From the human T2T-CHM13v2.0 reference genome, Homo sapiens, in NCBI RefSeq assembly GCF_009914755.1, contig NC_060925.1: a DNA stretch of 64,000 nt; one strand, 5' to 3'. Below, in pieces: positions 55,606 to 64,000 of this stretch (position 1 is the stretch's first letter; each line of letters opens with the position of its first letter). The position numbers and the translations under genes were made by a program. Below the pieces are notes generated by a model. The model was not told where the DNA came from. It searched no databases and was given only the letters and a program-made list of their open reading frames with translations.

Positions 55606-57800
55606 TGTATTAGTCTGTTCTCACACTGCTAATAAAGACATACCTGAGACTAGGTAATTTAAAAAGAAAAGAGACTTGATTAACTCACAGTTCAGCATGG
55701 CTGGGGAGCCCTCAGGAAACTTACAATCATGACAGAAGGAGATGCAAACACATCCCTCTTCACATGGCAGCAGCAAGGAGAAATGCAGAGCAAAAGCGGG
55801 GAAAAGTCCCTTATAAAACCATCAGATCTCGTGAGAACTCACTATCATGAGAACAGCATGGGGGAAACCACCCCCCACAATTCAATTACCTCCCACTGGG
55901 TCCCTCTCATTATGTGGGGATTATGGGAACTACAATTCAAAATGTGATTTGGGTGGGGACACAGCAAAACCATATCATTCTGCCCTGGCCCCTCCCAAAT
56001 CTCATGTCCTCACATTTTAAAACACAATCATACCTTCCCAAAAGTCCCCCAAAATTTTAACTCATCCCATAATTAGCTCAAAAGTCCAAGTCCAAAATCT
56101 CATCCAAAGGCAAGTCCCTTCTGTCTATGAGCCTGTAAAATCAAAAGCAAGTTAGTTACTTCCTTGATACAATGAGAGTACAGGCATTGGGTAAATACAG
56201 CCACTGCAAATGGGAGAAATTGGCCAAAACAAAGGAGCTACAGGCCCCAGGCAAGTCCAAAATTCAATAGGGCAGTAATTAAATCCTTAAGCTCCAAAAT
56301 AATATCCTTTGACTCCATGTCTCAAATCCAGATCACACTGATGCAAGAGGTGGACTCCCATGATGTTGGGCAGCTCTGACCCTGTGACTTTGCAGGGTAC
56401 AGCCCTCTTCCTGGCAGCTTTCACAGCTAGCATTGAGTGTCTGAGTCTTTTCCAGGTGCATGGTGCAAGCTGTCAGTGGTTTTACTAACCTGGGGTCTAG
56501 AGGATGGTGGCCCTCTTCTCACAGCTTTACTAGGAAGTGTCCCAGTGGGGACTCTGTGTCGGGGCTCCAACCCCACATATCCCTTCTGCACTGCCCTAGC
56601 AGAGGTTCTCCATGAGGGCTCTGCCCTTGCAGCACACCTCTGCCTGGGCATCCAGGCATTTCCATACATCCCCTGAAATCTAGGTTCCCAAACCTCAGTT
56701 CTTGTCCTCTGCACACCTGCAGGACCAACACCATGTGAAAGCTGCCAAGGCTTGGGGCTCGCACCCGCTGAAGTCATGACTCAAGGTGTACCTTGGCCCC
56801 TTGTAGCCATGGTTGGAGTGGCTGGGACACAGTGCACCAAGTTCCTAGGCTGTACACAGCAGGGAGGTCTCTGACATGCCCTGAAGACCTTTTCCCCACT
56901 GTCTTGGCGATTAACATTTGGTTCCTCATTACTTATGCAAATTTCTGCAGCCAGCTTGAATTTCTCCCTAGAAAACAGGTTTTTCTTTTCTACCACATAG
57001 GCTGCAAATTTTCCAAATTTTTATGCTCTGTCACCTCTTGAACGCTTTGCTGCTTAGAAATTTCGTCTACCAGATACTCTAAATCATCTCTCTCAAGTTC
57101 AGAATTCCACAGATCTCTAGAGCAGGGGGTAAAATGCTGCCAGTCTCTTTGCTAAAGCATAACAAGAGACCTTTCCTCTAGTTCCCAACTAGTTACCATT
57201 TCCATCTGAGACCACCTCAGCCTGGACTTTATTGTCCATATCACTATCAGCATTTTGGTCAAAGCCATTCAACAAGTCTCTAGGAAGTTCCAAACGTTCC
57301 CACATCTTCCTGTCTTCTTCTGAGCCCTCCAAACTGTTTCAACCTCTGCCTGTTACCCAGTTCCAAAGTTGCTTCTACATTTTCAAGTATCTTTACAGCA
57401 GTGCCCCACTACCCAGTACCAATTTACTATATTAGTCCATTCTCACACTGCTAATAAAGACATACCTGAGACCGGGTAATTTATAAAGGAAAGAGGTTTA
57501 ATTGACTCACAGTTCTGCATGGCCAGGGATACCCCAGGAAACTTACAATCGCAGTGGAATGGGAAGCAAACGTGTCCTTCTTCACATGGCAGCAGCAAGA
57601 AGTACAGAGCGAAGTGGGGGAAAAGCCCCTTATAAAACCATCAGATCTCGTGAGAATCATTCACTATCATGAGAACAGCATGAAGGTAACTGGCCCCATG
57701 ATTCACCTACCTCCCACTGGGTCCCTCCCATGACATGTGGGGATAATGGGAGCTACAGTTGAAGATGAGATTTGGGTGAGGACACAGCCAAACCAAATCA
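55606..57800 (-). mobile_element. Complete THE1 (MaLR) element: LTR 55606-55977, internal 55978-57427, LTR 57428-57800
   Basis: Two LTRs starting t(g/a)tattagtc..ttctcacactgctaataaagacatacctgagac; perfect ATGAC TSD at 55601-55605 and 57801-57805. Confidence 0.95.
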
Positions 57801-58531
57801 ATGACATATTTAGATGAACCCAAAATACTGTTTTTCATACACATGCCAAGCAAAGTGAATGAGAGGGTTGCATCTTCTATGACTCTTCAATCTGCTGTAC
57901 ATGTTCACCATTTCAATATTCTATAAAGCCTTTTTGTGTTTAGCTTTTATTTGGTCAAAGCCTTAAGGTAAAGGAAATTATTAATCACATTAAATTTGAT
58001 ATTGAATGCTGGTCTGGCACTGAATCTTCACTGACTTTGAAAGAATAATCCCCTCCCAGTCCTCCTCTATTGACCATCACCTATAACCAAGTCTCCTCTT
58101 CCTCCTTTGATGAATACAATAAAAATTCATATGTGAAAACTGTATTTATTTTATTTTTATCTATTATTTACATAAATTTAATTTGTTTAATCTATATGTT
58201 TTCTATCTTTTGGGTATCTTGGGTTAATTTTTCTGTTTAGAATAACAAAAACTTTTTATTCACTTCACATATTTTCACTTAGTTGTAAGATTTTCAAACA
58301 TAAAGTCATTAAGCAAATGTTTGTGTACAAGACACACAGATACAGAAACTGCCAGGAGAGACTCTGATAACTTCCATACTTCTAATTTTGCATATAAGCT
58401 GTCTTCAGGATACACAAAGACTGAGGGAAGAGAAGATGCTAAATGTAAATAATATACATTTATTTATGTATTCATTATCAAGCATATGTTATCTGAATGT
58501 CTTTGTAAAGCAATATACAAATAGAATAGGA

Positions 58532-58616
58532 ACGTGATATATTTACTTCCCCAGTTGTGGTGTAAGCATCCTCTAAAAATGCTTACACCACAATTGGGGA
58601 AGTAAATATATCATGT
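58532..58616. repeat. Near-perfect 38-bp-arm inverted repeat, 9-nt loop
   Basis: acgtgatatatttacttccccagttgtggtgtaagcat - cctctaaaa - atgcttacaccacaattggggaagtaaatatatcatgt. Confidence 0.95.
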
Positions 58617-58649
58617 ATATAATGAATAGACTATAAAAAAGAACACATG

Positions 58650-58950
58650 GGGCAGGTACGACGGCTCATACCTGCAATCCAGAACTTTGGGAGGCCAAGG
58701 CAGATGGATCACTTGAGGTCAGGAGTTTGAGACTAGCCTGGCCAATGTGGTGAAACCCCATCTCTATTAAAAATATAAAAATTAGCCGAGCGTGGTGGCA
58801 CAGGCCTGTAATCCCAGCTACTTGGGAGGCTGAGGTGGAGGATCCCCTGAACCTGGGAGGTGGAGGTTGCTGTGAACTGAGATCACACCACTGCCCTCCA
58901 GTCTGGGTGACAGAGTGAGACTCCATCTCAAAAAAAAAAAGAAATGAAAA
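58650..58950 (+). mobile_element. Alu
   Basis: Alu consensus; TSD gaacacatg. Confidence 0.93.
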
Positions 58951-59626
58951 AGCAGGAACACATGATAGGGTAGTCTGAGCTCTGTACAAATAGGAACAGT
59001 AACATAGACAAGGAGTAATTAGAGTAGGCTGAAAAAAAATCGAAAGATCTTCTTGAAAAAGATCCTGAAGAAATTTATGAAACTGAGTTGACTAAGGGAA
59101 TAAGGAAGCACGTGAGTAAATACAGCAACATTACCTAAATTCCCTTTCCATCATCTCTCTGTCATCTTCTCCCACCTCTCCTAACCAACCCACAGGGATT
59201 TAAAAACATTATTGAATTTTTATCTAAATGTGATGGAGGATGGACAGGAAGAGAATTACTGATTACTCTCAGTCAGGATTCATCCTAGCAGCAATTATTT
59301 GTAATTTAACTGAAATAAGTCCATTTGACTGAAGAGACAGCTTGGAAATCACTAAAATGAGAAAGGAGATGTTTTAGAGAGTATGACATCTACAAGTGAA
59401 TGAAAGAGAAATCACCCTTAAACTCACTGGTTTGGGGAAGTGAAGTTCCCACAAATGTGACACACAGGAAATTGCCTTTCCACATGTGAGTTTTCTGAAC
59501 TGAACCAACTGCCATCGATTTGCACTAGTAAGACAGTATTCCTAACCAAAGCAGGGAAAACAATGATGTGATCCCAAGAAGTCCTTGCACTCCCAGACTT
59601 CTAGTCTCATCTGTTTAATTTGACAT

Positions 59627-60701
<1,075 letters not shown>

Positions 60702-61270
60702 GCATCAAAGGTCATAGTTCCTGAAACTGCAGAGACAGCACTGAAGACTGCCATGTAGGAAACAGGATGTCTCTAAAGTGAAAAGAGCCAGGACTTGGAT
60801 CTAGAAGTGAGTAGTAGAATGGGAAAGAATCTAGTCGTAACTTAGAAACCACCTCAGTCCTTCCTGGGTTAGCATTTGTCATCGTTTACTTAGGCTGCTG
60901 CTGAAGGGATTTGATTCAAGCCTCTGTGACTCAGCAGTGGGCACAAGCATTGCTATCCCCCCTTTTTCTAGGAAAATTGTTCAAAAGAAAACCTTGACAC
61001 AAACTACGCATTAACCCTATATTACAACATCTTCATAGAGTCAGGTGAGAAGAAGGGAGGCCAGAGGATCCAGTCTTGAATGCTAATGGTATCTTAAACA
61101 GGGTCTTTATTGAGTTCTACCTTAGTATGGTAAATTATAGTTGTAAGGAGAATGGTCTCCCCTTTGTCCCTTTTGACTACAAGAAGCCGGTGCTCACCCT
61201 CTGAAAAGTCAGAAGATGTACAACATCTGCTACTCCTACCAAATGCTAAGCCACTATGAGGATATAATGC

Positions 61271-61736
<466 letters not shown>

Positions 61737-62310
61737 AACAATGCTTTATTTCTTGACTCTCTTTCTACACCCCTACTGCAAAAGACTAATTTTCCCCAGA
61801 GGACCTGATTTTGACTGAATTTTAGCCTCTTCCTCTTCCACATAATAAAGCTGCTAATTGCCTGAGAGAAGACTGCTGAGTTACAGTGTAGAGGGAAGCA
61901 TACTCAGGGACAATTAGCAACAATTCTGTTTCTGTTAAACCTTATAATTCTTATATCACTACTGCACAGAACTAGACATGGAGCTAGTTTATGTCTCACT
62001 GTACCATTTACTAATTTTTTGACCCTGATGAAGTAACTTAACCTCTTGTAGCTTTATCTCATGTACAAAATTGAGACAACAGTAAGATGTTCTCATCTAA
62101 GTAAAATGTTGAAATGTTGGAGTGTTCCAGGCTTGTTTAGATAGATGGAAAACACACACACACTCATTCACTCTCTCTCTCTGTTACTCTGTCTTTCCAA
62201 TAAGTCTTGTTTTCACTTCTTAAGAATCAGCCTAGAGGTGACTGGAGGAAGAGAAACTAAGTTGTGGTGACAAAGAACAAGACTATGAGTAAGGATCACT
62301 ATTACCCTTA

Positions 62311-62643
<333 letters not shown>

Positions 62644-62699
62644 TTTTTTTCAAGGAATAGAACCACTGCACATGCTCCTCCTGATCCCCCAAAGTGTAA

Positions 62700-62837
62700 G
62701 ATTTTCATGCAAATAGCTATCTCCCAGGACTTACATTAGTAAGGTATCTGGATATAAAAATCAGTGTTCCCTAAATCAGCTGTGTTTCCATTATATCAAA
62801 AATAAACTTTTAGAAATTACCATTTGAATTAACAAAG

Positions 62838-62892
<55 letters not shown>

Positions 62893-63890
62893 CCTAGAAA
62901 GAAATCCCGTAAGATTTGTGCAGGGCATTTATGAAGAAAACTGTGCAATTTATGGGAAGTTATTAAGAAAGACCACATAATTTAATAGATACATTAAGTT
63001 TACGGTTTAGAAGACTCAATGTCATTAAGTACAAATTTTCTTCAAATTTGTTTACATATTCAATGTAAATCATCTAAATCCCAACAAATACTAAGAAAGC
63101 TGACAACTTGATTCAATGTGTACATTAATGAGCAAAAATCCAAGAATAACTATGAAAATCCTGAGATGATTAAGGAGATGTGCACTACCATATATAAGGA
63201 TGTATTATAAAGCTATAATATTAAGACAATGTGGTATTGAGACAAAGATAAGCAAATTGCTGGTCAAATAGCCTAAGCTCTAAAAACACATATATATGAA
63301 ACTTTGTGATAGAATTGTCAGTTCATATCAAAAACAGGATGATTAGGTCTTTTAAATGGTACTGACACAACTGCTTATACACAAGGGAAAAAAAAGAAAT
63401 TAGATACCTGCTTCACATCACCTACAGACATGGACTTAAGACTTAATTGTAAAAGGCAAAACTTTAATACTTTTAGAAGAAAATACTTTGGAATCAGCAA
63501 AGATTTCATACGCAAGACAAAAATACTAATCATAAAATAAAATACTGACAAATTAAACCTCATCAAAATTAAGAACTTTTGTACATGAAAAGACAACATA
63601 AAGAAAGTCAGGAAATGAGTTGCCAATCAGAAAAAAATAATTTCAACAGAAGTAAGCCATGAGGGTTTGTATCAGACTAAATTTTTAAACCTTTATAAAC
63701 CAATAAGAAATAGACAAAAGTGCACACTATGAACAAAATAAAAGCCACAAACAGATATTTCATGGAAGAAACTGCATAAATGGTAAATTAACATATGAAA
63801 AAGGACTCAACCTCATCAGTAATCAGGGAAATCTAAATTAAGTCTACCATAGAGTACTATTTTATAACTACAAAAATGGAAATGGGGACT
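62700..63890 (+). mobile_element. Old L1M ORF2 fragment containing (CA)n at 62839-62892
   Basis: gaagactcaat...; atcaaaattaagaactttt; tcagtaatcagggaaat. Confidence 0.8.
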
Positions 63891-63909
63891 AAGAAGTCTT
63901 CTTACATTA

Positions 63910-64000
63910 TATAAACCAAAAATAAAATTGTAAGACCCCCCAAGCATCTTAATGGACCCCTCCTCTTGGCCAAGGGCATTCCAAAGTGAACCTGAAAAAC
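63910..64000 (+). mobile_element. Start of a MER4-family ERV1 LTR (runs off the window)
   Basis: aaaccaaaaataaaatt.taag.ccccc....aatggacccctcctcttggccaagggcattccaaag. Confidence 0.75.

Overview
Human (or great-ape) genomic DNA with no intact protein-coding gene under canonical splicing. From the tRNA set and flanks it is most likely a chr1q21 segmental-duplication block near an FCGR1 locus; this placement is recalled, not verified. Contents: (1) A dispersed tRNA cluster: an intact tRNA-Val(CAC), a variant tRNA-Asn(GTT), degenerate Gly(CCC) x2, Glu(CTC) and His(GTG) copies, and a possible Val relic. (2) A minus-strand, 7-exon PDE4DIP/myomegalin-like gene copy (27886 to ~13470) with an Olduvai/DUF1220-type exon pair. 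It has consistent splice phases, a stop codon and a polyA signal, and is broken only by one +1 frameshift plus a weak GC donor. (3) A processed UBE2D4-type pseudogene copied from an exon-3-skipped mRNA. (4) An internal ~2.6 kb direct duplication carrying the Gly tRNA. (5) Dense repeats: many Alus, a long 3'-truncated L1, a full THE1 element, solo LTRs, MADE1 and microsatellites. Most ORFs in the supplied track are Alu/L1/LTR artefacts. Repeat boundaries and subfamily names are by-eye estimates.
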